This document shows, piece after piece, positions 30,481 through 48,459 of a stretch of 64,000 nucleotides of DNA; position 1 is the first letter of the stretch, and each line of letters starts with the position of its first letter. A model generated the notes under the pieces. The model saw only the letters and a list, made by a program, of their open reading frames with translations, did no database searches and had not been told where the DNA came from. The DNA is from the human T2T-CHM13v2.0 reference genome, Homo sapiens: the NCBI RefSeq assembly GCF_009914755.1, contig NC_060930.1; one strand, 5' to 3'. The translations under genes and the position numbers were made by a program.

Positions 30481-30998
30481 TAACTCTCTGACTTATATAC
30501 ATATGAAAACAAAAGACTGAATTGTGAATTAGATTAGTGTGCCGATGCTACAGCTTACCCTCAGCCTATAAAGTTACAGACTCATTATTTTAAAATGTAC
30601 CAGTAATTCCAGGGATGGCTATGATCAAATACTTAAGAAGATACATATGGCAGGACCACAATTCCTGTATCTTGGTAATTTATTAGAAGGAGAAGAATGA
30701 AAAGAGCATAACACTCTGACGAGTGCAGGAATAGCTTCTGAATTTGCTGACCCACGTGGATTAAAGCATTCTCAACCACAGTATTTTGCCATATAAAACA
30801 GATTTCCCCACCAAGGTTTCATAATAAAACACCTATGGGCACCATATATAAATAGTTTTAAATGACCAAGTCCTTCCACTCTAAAGAAAAGAAAATTAAA
30901 CATAATACACTGTTTATACTATAGTTATTTTATACAGAAAGGGAAAATATTATTTTTTAATCTACTATAGTTTATTATTGAGTTAAAAACAAAACATG

Positions 30999-31310
30999 GG
31001 CCGGGCACAGTGGCTCACCTGAGGTCAGGAGTTCAAGACCACCCTGGCCAACATAGTGAAACCCCGTGTCTATTAAAAATACAAAAATTAGCTGGGTGTG
31101 GTGGTGCACGCCTGTAGTCCCAGCTACTCAGGAGGTTGAGGCAAGGAGAATCACTTGAACCCAGGAGGAGGAGGAGGAGGAGGAGGCTGCAGTGAGCCGA
31201 GATCGCACCACTGCACTCCAGACTGGGAAACAGAGTGAGATTCCATCTCAAAAAAAAAAAAAAAAAGAACAAAAGCAAAACAAAACAAACAAAAACAAAC
31301 AAACAAAAAA
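30999..31310 (+). mobile_element. AluS with left-arm deletion and (GGA)n expansion
   Basis: ggctcac|ctgaggtc junction; a GGA run at 31164-31186. Confidence 0.9.
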
Positions 31311-32583
31311 ACATGAAGTAACTGAAAATCTGATTTTCAAAGAGAAGGCATATTAGGAGACTTTAAGATTATGAGTTTCAGTGTGAAAGTAGTATGTCTG
31401 TTCCTTTAAGTGAATTAAATTTAAAATATAATTTAAAAAAATAGTTCAATTGCACTAAATGTTACTTTATAAACTGGAGGTTGATACTTATAAAGACTTG
31501 AATGCCATTTTTAAACCTAAAAATTACAATACAAAACCTTTCATTTGCTGAAATTGCCATGATCTGAAGTGCCATTTACTTAATGCTTCACAGATGTATG
31601 ATGCCAAGTTGTTAGTCAAATTGAAAAGTATATTTAGTCAGAAAAAAAAAATCTTCCAAAACATGTTTTCCTATATTTTACTGACATTTACATGGGATAC
31701 TATGCAATGTGTCATTTATTTGCACTTTATAATCTATAAATGAAGCTCTCCCTTTCTTTTTCCAAATCAAATATGCTGTTATTGGGACCACATAATAGCT
31801 TTCCATTTAAAGACACCATTGTTTCTATAATCCCTCAGACCATGGTCATGTGCTACTTTGTCATATTTTTGACTGGACTTTTCATCACACTTTCTTCTTT
31901 GACCTTTACCCCGAGAGCCTTAGTCACAACTGAAACTTTGCTGTAAGGATGTTTTGCTACACAATCTAGCTCACTATTACGAGTCATTATACACTTTCAA
32001 TAAGCTGATGTGCAGTGATGTGAAAGTACTAATTTTACCACGAGGTTACTAGTGTTACTAGAGCATGTACTAATAAATTTGGCTAACACTGAATACATGC
32101 CACGGTAGGAGGTTAGACAAAAATGGAAGAGACCAGTGATATGTTCCTTTGTGGTAATGAGTATACATAAAGGAAAATAATTAATATTAGGGTCCTTTAA
32201 ATGTCATGACTACTATTAGAGTCCATTACGGATCAAATGCAATCAGAAATACTAGTGTAAATATGACTAGGAAACTAGAAATTAAAATGGAAATACTAAG
32301 ACAATGGAATTTTTATGATTAAAAGTACTGTAAATAATTACCATAGCACTCTGTATATTACCAGCACCACTTAAGACCTCTTAATGTTATTAACTGCAAA
32401 GCAGTAGAATGTAGGAAAATCATTTATAGGCTCCCCACAATGTAGACGTTGTTTGTATAGCACTTACAACTACACATATATTAAATCCACCAATTTCTAA
32501 GAAACAGATCCTGTCATACTTTAGTACATCTATAACACAAATCTCTTATGCATATAATTAAGCAAAGTTAAATAGTTACTTAC

Positions 32584-32659
32584 AGAAACTTAATTGTCGA
32601 CTTTCACAGAATTCTGCATATTGAGCTGAATCCATAATTCGAGTTTGTCTTTCTGCTCT
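32584..32659 (-). CDS. SUPT3H: SUPT3H internal coding exon (probably exon 7), 76 nt, RAERQTRIMDSAQYAEFCESRQLSF+1 nt
   Basis: Minus strand reads cttttag|AGAGCAGAAAGA...AGTTTCT|gtaagt. The peptide matches human SUPT3H as recalled, and the phase (0 to 1) fits the next exon. Confidence 0.97.
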
Positions 32660-33861
32660 CTAAAAGATAAAAATACATAACATTTTTTAAAGCAAGCAGA
32701 TTATTATATATGTTTTCACAGCTTAAACTTAGAATTGAAGTACCATTTTCCTTTCCTTATTCCAGGTGAACAGGGTAGTACTACCACATAGATCACGATA
32801 CATAAAATCACAATAACTAACACTAGTTGTGAAGCTGGTGTCTTTTGGAAATAAAGTTTAAATATTACTTTCTGCTCCTTTGTTATTGAAACTAAAACTA
32901 AAGGACCTCACGTCTAAATTTTCTGACTTGTATCATCCTTTTAAAGAAAAAGAAAATGATGAGGGAATAATAAACCAAACAGAAAAACTGTTACAAATAT
33001 TATTGTCAATCTGCTTTAAAGCTGTGATGTTCAATGTTAAACAAGAATCAGTGAATGGAATCCATATATTCCCTTTCAGTCAGAATCTGGGGCCACAGTT
33101 GACAAATCCATATTTTAGATTGCAAGAAAATAAAGAAAAAGGTAAACACAATACAGATCCTTTAATCTGAGTCCAGGTATGATTCATTTGGTATAGTTTC
33201 ATTTGTGGAGTTTTTGATTCAGTATAGCAGATGTTTACTGCTTCACTGTCCCACAAGAGGTAGGATAATTATAATTCATCCATAGTTTGGTGGGAAAGAA
33301 TATGACCACTTCCGCTTCCTTGGTAAGGAGAGCATTTTGAAATGAGACAGGCTGGTACTTCTTGGAATGAATTTCTGCCCAGCGAAGAAAAAAAAAAATC
33401 CCTGAGATTTAATTTTTTTTTTTCTGTTGTGGAAGAACTTTCAGCAAGTTACCTTTACCATCGTTGTCAGAGCACATAAGTACCATTTCTTCTAATGTCT
33501 GTGGATGTTTTTGTATTTTTGAAATAGAAATTATTCTTTTTTCTTTTATTTGTGTGAGTAGTCAATTCCAATGATAGGTCAGTTGATGGAATGAATAATG
33601 GTGTACTAACTGGAGCTTAATAGAGAATATAGATGGGGCAGTAGGAGTTAAGGTAAAAATTACTAGTCACTACCGTGGTTCCTTCTAAGACCAATGACTG
33701 TTTTTCCCCTTCCTTATTTTCTGTCTCCCTTTTTTCTTTCTCTCCCTCTCTCCCTTCCTTCATTCCTTACCTCCCACACATCCACATACTCACAAATCCA
33801 AGTCTATCTTGGTTATTTACCCACTAGGTTCAAGTATACTTTTTGGGCATATACAAACATT

Positions 33862-34012
33862 TTATATATATACACATATAATGTATACATGTATGTGTAT
33901 ATATATACACATATAAAGATAAATATATAAATTATATATGTACACATATACACATAAATTTCTTTTTTTATATATATACACAAACACACATATATGTATA
34001 TATGTATGTAAA
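33862..34012. repeat. (TA/CA/TG)n low-complexity microsatellite
   Basis: tatatatatacacatata... tract. Confidence 0.85.
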
Positions 34013-34048
34013 CATCTTCTTGTGCATGTGTCAGAAATATCACGTCTC

Positions 34049-34380
<332 letters not shown>

Positions 34381-34549
34381 TTAATTTTTATTTACTTGGA
34401 AGTATTTTTTGATATTTAAATGCATGATCTAGTTTTAGCCCTCTTTTTAATGTATCTGACACATGACTCAATAAATGTTTCCTGATGAAAATAGGAAGCA
34501 AGAAAGGGAGAATTTATTTATGTGTTTTGAACATTACAAAAAAAGTTGC

Positions 34550-34842
34550 AGCTGGGCACAGTGGCTCATGCCTATAATCCCAGCACTTTCGAAGGCTGAG
34601 GCGGGTGGATCATGAGGTCAGGAGATTGAGACCATCCTGGCTAACACGGTGAAACCCCATCTCTACTAAAAATATAAAATATTAGCCGGGTGTGGTTGCA
34701 TGCGGCTGTAGTCCCAGCTACTCGGAGGCTGAGGCAGGAGAATCGCTTGAACTCGGGAGGCAGAGGTTGTAGTGAGCCGAGATCACGCCACTGCACTCCA
34801 CCCTGGGAAACAGAGGGAGACTCCGTTTCAAAAAAAAAAAAA
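34550..34842 (+). mobile_element. AluSc/Y-like
   Basis: Full-length Alu with poly(A). Confidence 0.9.
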
Positions 34843-36355
34843 ATTGTTAATGTGTTTATTTAAATAAACTCTCTAAGACTGATAATACTAACGTTAATTT
34901 GTATCTATGTACGTATGTTTGTGTATATATATCTGTTTGTCTGTGTCTCACTATAGCAGGAACTACTCACGTTTGAATTTCTAGCTCCTAGGAAAATATC
35001 TGACACATGGTAAATAAGCAATAAACATTTGTTGGATGAACAAATGCGACTGTTTTATTCCACAGGGCAAATGACTATCACCATAATGAAACTAGATCGA
35101 GAATGATTATCTAATGATTCCTACATACCATCTCTGCTGCTCTCCAGCTTGGTAGCCTCCTCCAACCAATAAATGGCTGGACAGAAAAGATTTGGATAAC
35201 TATGGAAAAAGAATGTTCCTAAAGGGATTCTTAACACTAACTTTTTCTTCCACCAAGTTGGACAACCAAGATTTGGCCTCTGCATATATGCTTACATAGC
35301 TGATGTATTCGCAATAAGTGTTTCTAGAAATGAGAGGTAGCAAAATTTGTCGTCAGAGGTTAAGGTTGCCAGGATTGCCAGCTACAATATTTCAAAGATA
35401 TCCATAAACATGTGAAAGACTAAATTATGGCAAGCTTCATTCCTTTCAGACACCCTCTCCAATGCCTATTCTCTTTTCTTCATTAAGCATCCTAGTTCTT
35501 TTTTAATTCCTCCAGCATCGAAGCAGTAAACTTTGATCTGAGGAGCCCCACAAATCTGACCCTAGGGTATATATAAGAAGCCATTTATCCAGTGCCTAGC
35601 ACACAGGAAACACTCCACGCAAAGCAGCTGACTCAACAGCAAAGACTTATAGACAATACAAAATCATGGCTTAGAGATAGAAGGCAGCTTAAAGTTTATC
35701 TTGTTCAAATCTCTTCAATTCAAAGGGAATTGAGGCTCAGAGAAGTGATTTGTCAAAGGTGGACTAAGTTAGAATTCAAGCTCAGGACTCCCAATTCCTA
35801 AGTCAGCCTATTTTCATTATAAAAAGCTGTCTTCAACTAATGGTAATTTTTTATTCCAATGTTTTCCTTTGGGATGCTCTAAATTTCATATATTGTCTTA
35901 CTAAAACATGTCATGTAGCTCCTACAATTAACATGCTCAAACTATTCTTAAGAAAAAGAAATTAGCGAGGCCCTGGGTCAGCAAATGACGTACAAGCTGG
36001 GGGTAATCTAATGAAGAGTGTAGAAACTGTAGTGTATCTGATAGTGCAAGCACATCACAGGTGTGTAGAGATACTGATTCCATTCACTCTCTGGATGCTG
36101 AACGAAGCTGAGGCAGCAGAACCCCTAGGCTGGTATCTGCTACCAGCTGCCTTGTCCATTTACCTTGGTGGGTGATAAAAATATTATCATTTTCTATGTG
36201 TGCCATGATGTGAGAAAGACTGGAAGCACTGTACTAATACTAATGTCCTTGAATATTATATGATATAACACATGAATGGTATTCACAGCATAGTCAAGGG
36301 AGTTCATGAAATCAGAGATTCTTTGAGCTATATATGCACTGACTTGGATTTGAGG

Positions 36356-36558
36356 ATGATGAAGATGATCTGGATATGCTTATCACCTAATTTTTGTTTA
36401 TTCCTCTCTCTTCCCCTGAATTGTTTAAAAAAAAATGGAACAAATTTTGGCCAATGATGAAGATGATTTGGATATGCTTATCACCTAATTTTTGTTTATT
36501 CCTCTCTTCCCCCAGAATTGTTTCAAAGATACAAAAAAAAAGGAACAAATTTTGGCCA
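36356..36558. repeat. Tandem duplication, 2 copies of about 100 bp
   Basis: atgatgaagatgat(c/t)tggatatgcttatcacctaatttttg...ggaacaaattttggcca at 36356-36453 and 36454-36558. Confidence 0.95.
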
Positions 36559-37182
36559 TATGATCCAAATAATTCAACATCTGAGTATTATATTTTCTCC
36601 TGTCCTTCCACTATCATCTTAAATACTGAGAAAGGGAGTAAATATCTAACTTTCATGAACTGTATGTTCTCCAAATACAGGAACCGTGCTGCTCTTCTAG
36701 AGTGCTGAGGCAATGCTTTGCTTGGATTTGCCTGGGCCTCACTAGCTGAATCAAGGGACAGATGAATGGATGGACTAGGACAAAAGAAATGCGTTTAAGT
36801 ACGTGTTGACCGGCCTAAGACCAGAAACTGTAAGAATTAGGATCAAACTGTAATCCAATTTTACAAATCCCAGGGAGACAAGGCAGTTTTAAAGACAAAA
36901 ATCCATTAAAAAAATCAAGACAGTGGTCAAATATTAAATAAGTGTGGCTCTTATTTTCTGTGGTGCCCTAATTCTACCTTCTCCTCTGCCTCTATTCAGA
37001 TCACCCATTCTGATCCATACTAAAGTATACACTGGCAGTCCTTTTCTATTCCTTTAAGAAATCTTTGGAAAAAGATTCAAGGGGACAATATCATAAGCCT
37101 AGTAAAACATCATGATCAGAATAATGCTTACTCTTTACTGAGATGGTTTTATTTTTAAAATGAACATAATTTTTTTTATTTT

Positions 37183-37330
37183 TAAAATGAAACTAATAAA
37201 ACTGCTTATTCTTTGAGATGGTTTTATAAAATAAAATTTATAAAATATTTATATTTATTTACATATTTAAAATATTTATAAAGTAAAACCATCTCAATAA
37301 AGAGTAAGCAGTTTTATTAGTTTCATTTTA
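37183..37330. repeat. AT-rich inverted repeat (about 45-bp arms, 57-bp spacer)
   Basis: 37183-37226 is nearly the reverse complement of 37284-37330. Confidence 0.9.
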
Positions 37331-38629
37331 CAAATGAAGACACTGATTTAGAGAACTTAAAGGAAAACTTTAAAAGCATACAGTTAATAAAGAGGCAAAA
37401 CTAGAAGTAAAACTTGGGTCCTAAATACCTACCTCTAAGGTATACAAAGTTTCTCAGAAAACAGTTACTATTCTAGATCATATTACTTGTAATGAAGGTT
37501 GTACTCCCTTTAGGCTCTAGTTTCTTTTGAACTAAATATTACAATGCAAACTTAATTTTAAAAGACTTACTTTGGCTATTCCGTATAGTCATTAAACTAT
37601 AACAAAAAAGACATCATATCATTGTCAAAGGCACTGAAAACACAAATCTCTGAAATAAAAGTCACTGAATAATCACAGATGATTTATCATGGCTTTTATT
37701 CATACTGAACATTCTCAAATTACACAATGCTCTCCTATCTCAGACGGCCACATGAATGTAAGGTCATCTTTGGATTAGTCATACTCTTGTATCTGCAAGT
37801 CCAGTATGTCTTCTGCTTAATCTGTCAATTCCACCCACTCCCTGGTTTCTTTAGGTGTCAACAACAGCATTCTTGAACATTCATAAAATATGCAACATAC
37901 TTAGAGGATTTTAGGAAATTAAATCTTACTAGTATTACAATATAGCTAAGTATTATAACATAGGCACAAATGTGGAGAAACTACTTGTGAAAGAATTATT
38001 CCTAAAGTTTTCCAAATACTCAACAGTATTTTAAAATTTAATTGAAATAGCTTTTTAAAAAGGTAAAACAGAATAGTTGGTGACTAGTTGCTTTTCTCAC
38101 TACCGGGAAGTTACAGCATTTTCTTGTTATTGTAAAACATACAGAGAAGGCAGACTTTTATGCTAGATGAACTCACTTTCTGCGTCCTACTTAAATGAAA
38201 ACAGAAATGCTAATATCCCTACAGATACAGTGCCTAGTATAATTTGTTTGTTCAATATCGTGAATACAACAAACTCTCGGTACATATTTGTTAATCTGAA
38301 TTTTCAGTGAAAAGTTTTTATTTCAATTAATGTGAAGTTGATTGTGCCTTTGAAAAATACTTTCAGTACGGACAATCATCATTTGCCCTGTCTATACCAC
38401 TTTGAGGTGTAAGGCTGGATTACTTATGCAGCATGCAGTTGCATTTAAATTCCATGTGCTCTCACTGAAGCATTTTTAAAGGTTATGGAAGCTATGTGCT
38501 GGCATATCTCTTGGCAGCTTCTCAAGGCACATGGCATTTAACTTTCTTCAGCAACACAAAAACACAGAGCATAACTTTCAAACCAAGATGAGAGTATCTG
38601 CTCTCACTTCTACTTCAACATTTTTTTCA

Positions 38630-39108
<479 letters not shown>

Positions 39109-42100
39109 TCAGCAATGCGGCAACATGTAAATTATGAAATGTGTATGCATGTTTATATATGTATAACGTGGTCCACTTGCAGAAGGATAATATTAACAAG
39201 TCAGTAAATACCACAAAATGCCGAAGAAACCATATCTCTAACTCACTGTAGGTAAAGAAGCTGAGGTCCAGAAAGGTTAAAGGATTTACTGGGATGGTTG
39301 CAGAGGCAATCCAGTACCCCAGTGAGTGCTCATTCTGCTTGCTGGGTCAGTTTGTAATTTGGTAGACTCCTTACCCAAAAGCTAAGTAAGCCTCCCTCAA
39401 AACACATGGTAAAGCACCCTTTCTTTTTATTCCACTGCAAAAGTCATCATTTTGGTCCTGGGGTATTGCAACAGCTTCCTAGCTTTCACAGACCTTTCCT
39501 CTCCCAACCTATCCTGCATACTAGTATTTTAAATAAAAACATGGAGAAAAGGCCCTCGTACATTGTAAGATTCACTGTAGTAGGCTGTCCTGTGTCCCCA
39601 CATCACTTTCTTTTCTCTGACTCATAAACAAATGGCTCTAAACTAAGCACTGCATCAAATTTGAGCTCAAATGCCTGACTTCTAATTACAGACATAATCT
39701 CGGCCATTCTACCTCAGCACACATTGTTCTCACTAAAACCAAATTTATTCTTTGTTTTTAGTTAGGTCACCCTTTATCATATGTGCCATGTACTGCTGCC
39801 ACCCTGCCACTCCCCCATTACTGTGCTGGCCACCCCTCCCCATCTTCAGGGTCATTTAAATCATTCCCTTTCTTCAAGGTCTTGCGTAGGTCCCACCTCC
39901 TCTGGGAAGTTTGTCCAGTTTACACTGATTTCTCTCTTCTGAAATTATTTGTTCTTCTAGATAGTATTATACCCCTTCCTGCACTTTCCCATGTGTGCTA
40001 CTTTTGTCTCTCCTCAAAGATTAGCTGCAGGAATGTATTATTAATGGAAAAATCAAGTTGCATACTAGAATGCATGTACCTTAATTCCATTTATGTTTGA
40101 ACATACACACACATATGCACGTGTATGTCTGCAAATACACGGAAAGTCTGGAAGCATATACATTATACTTTTGATAGTATTTATCTCTGGAGGTGAAATT
40201 ATAGGTAACTTTAACTTTTCAGTGACACATTTCAGTAATTTTTTTTTTAACAGTGAATTACAAACAGAAAAAGCATTTCAAAAGTAAAGAAATCTTCTTT
40301 CCTCTTGAGTTAATTTTACTTGACTTACAGGAAGTCATTAACTGTGCACACATAAAAATAATCAAAGCAGTTACCCAAGAGGCAGAAAATCACAGAGAAA
40401 CAGCAGAGGCTTGAATATATGTTTTTAGAAAAAAAATCAAAAAACAAAAACACACATACGCACACAAAGGAGAACGTCATGCAATATTTAAGGGACCGAC
40501 TCAGAATCCTGACTGATGAAGTAGAAACCAAAAGTTCATTTAGGTTTGACCTGCAATTTTCACTGAATTACATCGACTTGAATAGAAATGCAGTATATTT
40601 TCTATATCACAGCCTTAAAAAATAGGTTTCCAGTGGTGCTAATTTGTTTCCCCAGAGTGGCATTCATAATATACCAATTTTACATGTCCAAGGTATTAAG
40701 AATGTCTTACAGTAATTATATGAAGTTTCCTAAAGAAAGAGCTGTAGACCCTAGAAGATTCAAAGGATTTAAAAGAAATTTTGTGCTGAAAGTGAGTAAT
40801 CCTCAGCAAGTACAAAGCATCAGTGATTGAGAAACACACAAAAAGATATTTGTGCTACTATGACATAATAGAGTTGTTTCAAAATATTGAATTCAGTTTT
40901 TTTTATCTATATCCTATGGGTCTAAATATATTAATTAATGTCATCATAGGAGCTTTACCTTTTTCATACATTTTAAACTATCAAGAGTGGGCATTAATTG
41001 GTTATATAATGAAAAATATAGTTATTAAAATCAAACTAATAAATTTAAAAATGTTTTAATGCCCATTAAAAATTTTTAATCTAAATTTATTAAGCCAGTA
41101 ATGGGGAAAAAAACCATATGTAATAAAATATTTCCCATCTTGGGATAAAATGTGTGTTAAGAAAAGTATCATTTTAAAACAACCTAGTGCCATACAACCT
41201 AATTACCTGTCAAGTTGTAAATCCCAGTGTTTAGTGTTAGTACCAATTTTTGCTAATGTTTCCTTAAAATTGTAAATATGCTCTGGAATAACTCGGTTGG
41301 CAAATAACATAAAAAGCCATGTGAGTTTCTGCCCAAACTATTTCTTTTAAGTAATAGAACACTGACTTTGACTTTTTGTTTTCCTGATTAAGGATGTTAC
41401 AACCCTTTTTTTTTTTTGGTGATTTTTATTTGGCTATATATAAAAAAGTGAACATGCTAGTTTAATATGTATAAAATCTTCAGGCATTTTGAATAACATT
41501 CTTAAAAATTCTCAGAGGTTTACATAATATCTAGATGAGCTGAAAGGCTTTACAGTACAGCAAGCATATAGGGATATGGTTAAATATTTTGGTCATTTTG
41601 GGTAAAACTTTAGAATACTGCCTGAAAAATATATAAAGCCATTAATTCATAAAATTTAGTTCATACTTTCTCTTTAATCCTGAGTTAGAACTGCAGATCT
41701 TTCCATCTTGGTTTAGGCAAGATCAAATTCTCAAGTAGTCAAATATGCACACTTTATGGAGTCTGGCTTTACTTACATAGAATAAAAGTCTAGCATCTTT
41801 AAGGTAAAATCTTGTGAAAAGGGAAGCCTGTCAGTGCAGCATGGCTCTCACCATCCTCCCCAAGGATACACAGAATTCTGTAAAGAACAAAGGAGCCCTG
41901 CTTGCAATCTCCCTTTGTTGCTACTATGTGATTTATCTTAGTTTTTTCAGTAAGGACTTTTTCTAAACATGTGAAAATAAAAATTTTTATTGCAGATTAA
42001 GTCATCAGTTAATTCCCTCTAAGCATTTTCAATCAGCTCTATCTTTAAAATACAACTAAAATAAACCACTTTCATCACCTTCTAGGGTCACTGATACTAC

Positions 42101-42140
42101 TCTAGTCCAAGCCACCATCATCAACTCTCCTCTGGATTGC

Positions 42141-44839
<2,699 letters not shown>

Positions 44840-45049
44840 ATTGCTATAACAGACTCCTAATGAGTCTTCCTGCTATGGCTCACATATATTAGGTAACTTG
44901 TCCAAGGTTGCTAAGCAATGTGTGCTGCAATCTGAAATGAGATCTGTCTTACTCTAAAGTTTATGCTCTTTTTACTACAAAAGGGGTTTGGCTACGTGTG
45001 TATATGCTGGGTGGGGTAGGTGTATGTGAACATTTGAAAATATGTATTT

Positions 45050-45170
45050 GTGTATATATATATTCATATATACATGTTTGTATATATAAATATATATATG
45101 TCTGTATAACTATATACACACATATATGTATAATGTGTGTGTATAAATTGTGTGTGTTTGTGTTTGTGTA
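45050..45170. repeat. (TA)n/(TG)n low-complexity tract
   Basis: Direct inspection. Confidence 0.8.
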
Positions 45171-45757
45171 ATTTAAGAGATACCTTATGGAACCCTCATA
45201 AATGAAGGTGCTGAAACCAGAGATGCTTTGATAGAGGTGAGGGAAGAAGACTCACAGTCCTCCAATATTCTTTCTCCTCTGCAAAGTACTTCTCAATGAA
45301 ATACCAAAAACTGCAAAACACAACTTGAAAACTACTGTACTATACACATTGCCTTCCCTTCAAGGAGTAAGCATTGTGCTTCTGGTTTCAAAACAGAGGC
45401 CATTTCACAGGAAGATCATGGTACCAAAGGAAAAAGTAATCCCCACACACCGGACAAAGTGACCTTTTAAAAATGCAAATCATGCTGTGTCATTTCTATC
45501 AAAACCCTCCTTGGTCCTGACATCATGGTCTGTTGCAAAAATGACAGGCTATCTATAAAGCACTTAGGAAAAACTGCTCCTAAAACAGACTAGAACAAAT
45601 GTTGCTATATTTAACTTCCCTGAGTCAATACAATAAGACCTCTCTTCACCTCTGATAAAAATTCTATACCGTATGTGAAAGCTACCCTACTGCTGCCAGA
45701 AATGTTAATGAGTAGCAGAGATAACTGGCTCAATGATGTATTAAGATGACCAGTTTA

Positions 45758-46045
<288 letters not shown>

Positions 46046-46165
46046 TTATAGCTTTTACTATCTGTAATTTATCTTCTTAGTTTCACTCTCCCAGTTTATA
46101 AATATTTTAAAAGTTGACTCTTTATATAGAAAACCATAAGTATTCTAACTAACGAACTAAGTTGG

Positions 46166-46575
46166 GCCTAAATGCCCATCAACCAACAACTGAATAAAGA
46201 AAATGTGGTATATATATACCATGGAATACTACTCAGCCATAAAAAGGAATGAAATAATGGCATCTGCAGCAAGCTGGATGGAGTCGGAGATCATTATTCT
46301 AAGTGAATTATCTCAGGAATGAAAAACTAATTATCTTATGTTCTCACTTATAAGTAAGAACTAAGCTATGAAGATGCAAAGGCATAAGAATGATATAAGG
46401 AACTTTGGAGACTTGGTGGGAAGGGTGGGAGGGGGTGAGGGATAAAAGACTACACTTGGGTACAGTGTACACTGCTCGGGTTACAGGTGCACCAAAATCT
46501 TAGAAATCACCACTAAAGAACTTATACACGTAACCAAAAACCACCTGTTCCTCAAACACTATTGGGAAAAAAATT
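46166..46575 (+). mobile_element. L1PB1-like 3' fragment
   Basis: aaatgcccatcaaccaac...gatgcaaaggcataagaatgata...aaccacctgttcc. Confidence 0.88.
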
Positions 46576-47148
46576 GAAATGTCAATATACTTGGAAAGAG
46601 TCCTATTAATAATATAAACATCAAATTACTTCTGATTTTTGATAAGCAGAGTAAGTAAAATGATGAGCTCATTATTAAAAAAAAGAAAATATGAAAAAAG
46701 CAAACTCATGCTGAGTATGTCATGCTCCAGTAAGGAAACAATGCCACCAGTGTGGGAAAAATTCTCGAGGAAAAATAGGCTTTTATAACTGGATAGCATT
46801 TGAGTTAAGATTAGAAACAAAACAAACAAAATTAAATTATTTATTCCTCTAAATGGAACGTTCTTAATCATCTTAATGCTAAAGTTTCCTTTCTTGTAAT
46901 TGGCTGAGTTGTTTTCACGAGTCAGAAATGAGCAAGTCCATCAATAGAAATCTGTCACAGAGACTGATCTAAGCTAGAAGCATGAGTTAACATAAAACAA
47001 AAGGAAGAAAATTTTTTTCCTGAGAATGCCAAGATTTAGTCACTAAGAAAAGGAGAAAATGATAGTCTTTACCAAGTATGACTACCACGAAGATACAAGA
47101 ATAATCATAACAATCAAAAATGCTTTGCTTCAGATGTAGTAAACGTAA

Positions 47149-47502
<354 letters not shown>

Positions 47503-48304
47503 ATATTTTGAATTCTTATCTGAAAAGTCTACTTACCTAAACTAAAAATATTTTTTAAAAACAGAAATAATCTTTAAAATAATTGTGGGTGTGAAAATCT
47601 TTGAATTATAAAGTCTTGCAGGGACTTTTCTCTTGAAGAAGGCTTGGCTATACTTAGATTCAGTATAGGTATTTCAAGTAGCCTGAACACAATGGCTGTC
47701 CCTTGAGCTTCTAAGAATGCAGAAGAGCAAAATCCTCTGCAATCATAAGTGCAAAACCTGTAATTATGGTTATTTAACAAAATGGTTTCTGTTAAGATAT
47801 TTGATGATGAAATTTCCACTCTCTTAGATGTCAGTGCCCACATTTTATTCAGGCTTTACTCATGAGTAAATGTATTATAACTGTTATTTGATTAAATGTC
47901 AGTGGCCACCAGGCCTAGTTCATAAGCAAGAAGCTTAAAGAAGGCAAGCCACAGAGGGTGTGGAATGATTACAAAGAAAGATGATGAAAGGAGAATTGTT
48001 TTTGCAACTTGGTGATGTGAGGCAGTGTTTCACCTTAAATAAAGTAACCACAAAAGCTTTAAAGAAGCAAAGGACTATTTTGGCAGCAAGAGGAAGGGAA
48101 GATCAGTAAAATGGGTAAAGTCAAGTAAGGAAGAATCACAGCATAGAACAGCAGTATTTTAAAGTTTTATGTATACTGCCTTATTTACATGTTTATCCAC
48201 TCAACAGCTGTGTCAGGGAGAAAGATAAGCTATTATTACATTTCCATTTATAGAAGAAACTGAAACTTACTGACTCTCTGGATTTTTTAAAAATACTTTT
48301 TAAA

Positions 48305-48385
48305 AAAAATTTTTGAACTAATTTTAGATTTGCAGAAAAACTTCAAAAATAGTACAGAGAGTTCCTGTATACTCTTCACCCCACC
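48305..48385 (-). mobile_element. Old L1M 3'-terminal fragment
   Basis: taattttagatttgcagaaaaa...tagtacagagagttcctgtatactcttcaccc. Confidence 0.7.
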
Positions 48386-48388
48386 TTG

Positions 48389-48459
48389 CCACCCTACATG
48401 CATCTTATCTGATCTCACAAGCTAAACTGGGTCAGGTTTGTTTAGTACTTGGATGAGAG
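48389..48459 (+). pseudogene. 5S rRNA pseudogene fragment (about nt 14-89)
   Basis: ccaccct...atctgatctcacaagctaaactgggtcaggtttgtttagtacttggatgagag aligns to 5S ...TCTGATCTCGGAAGCTAAGCAGGGTCGGGCCTGGTTAGTACTTGGATGGGAG. Confidence 0.85.

Noticed and set aside
37183-37330. Known miRNA hairpin
   Set aside because: The spacer is long and nearly pure A/T, and I recognise no mature miRNA. Kept only as a structural finding.
48389-48459. Functional 5S rRNA gene
   Set aside because: Truncated at both ends and diverged.
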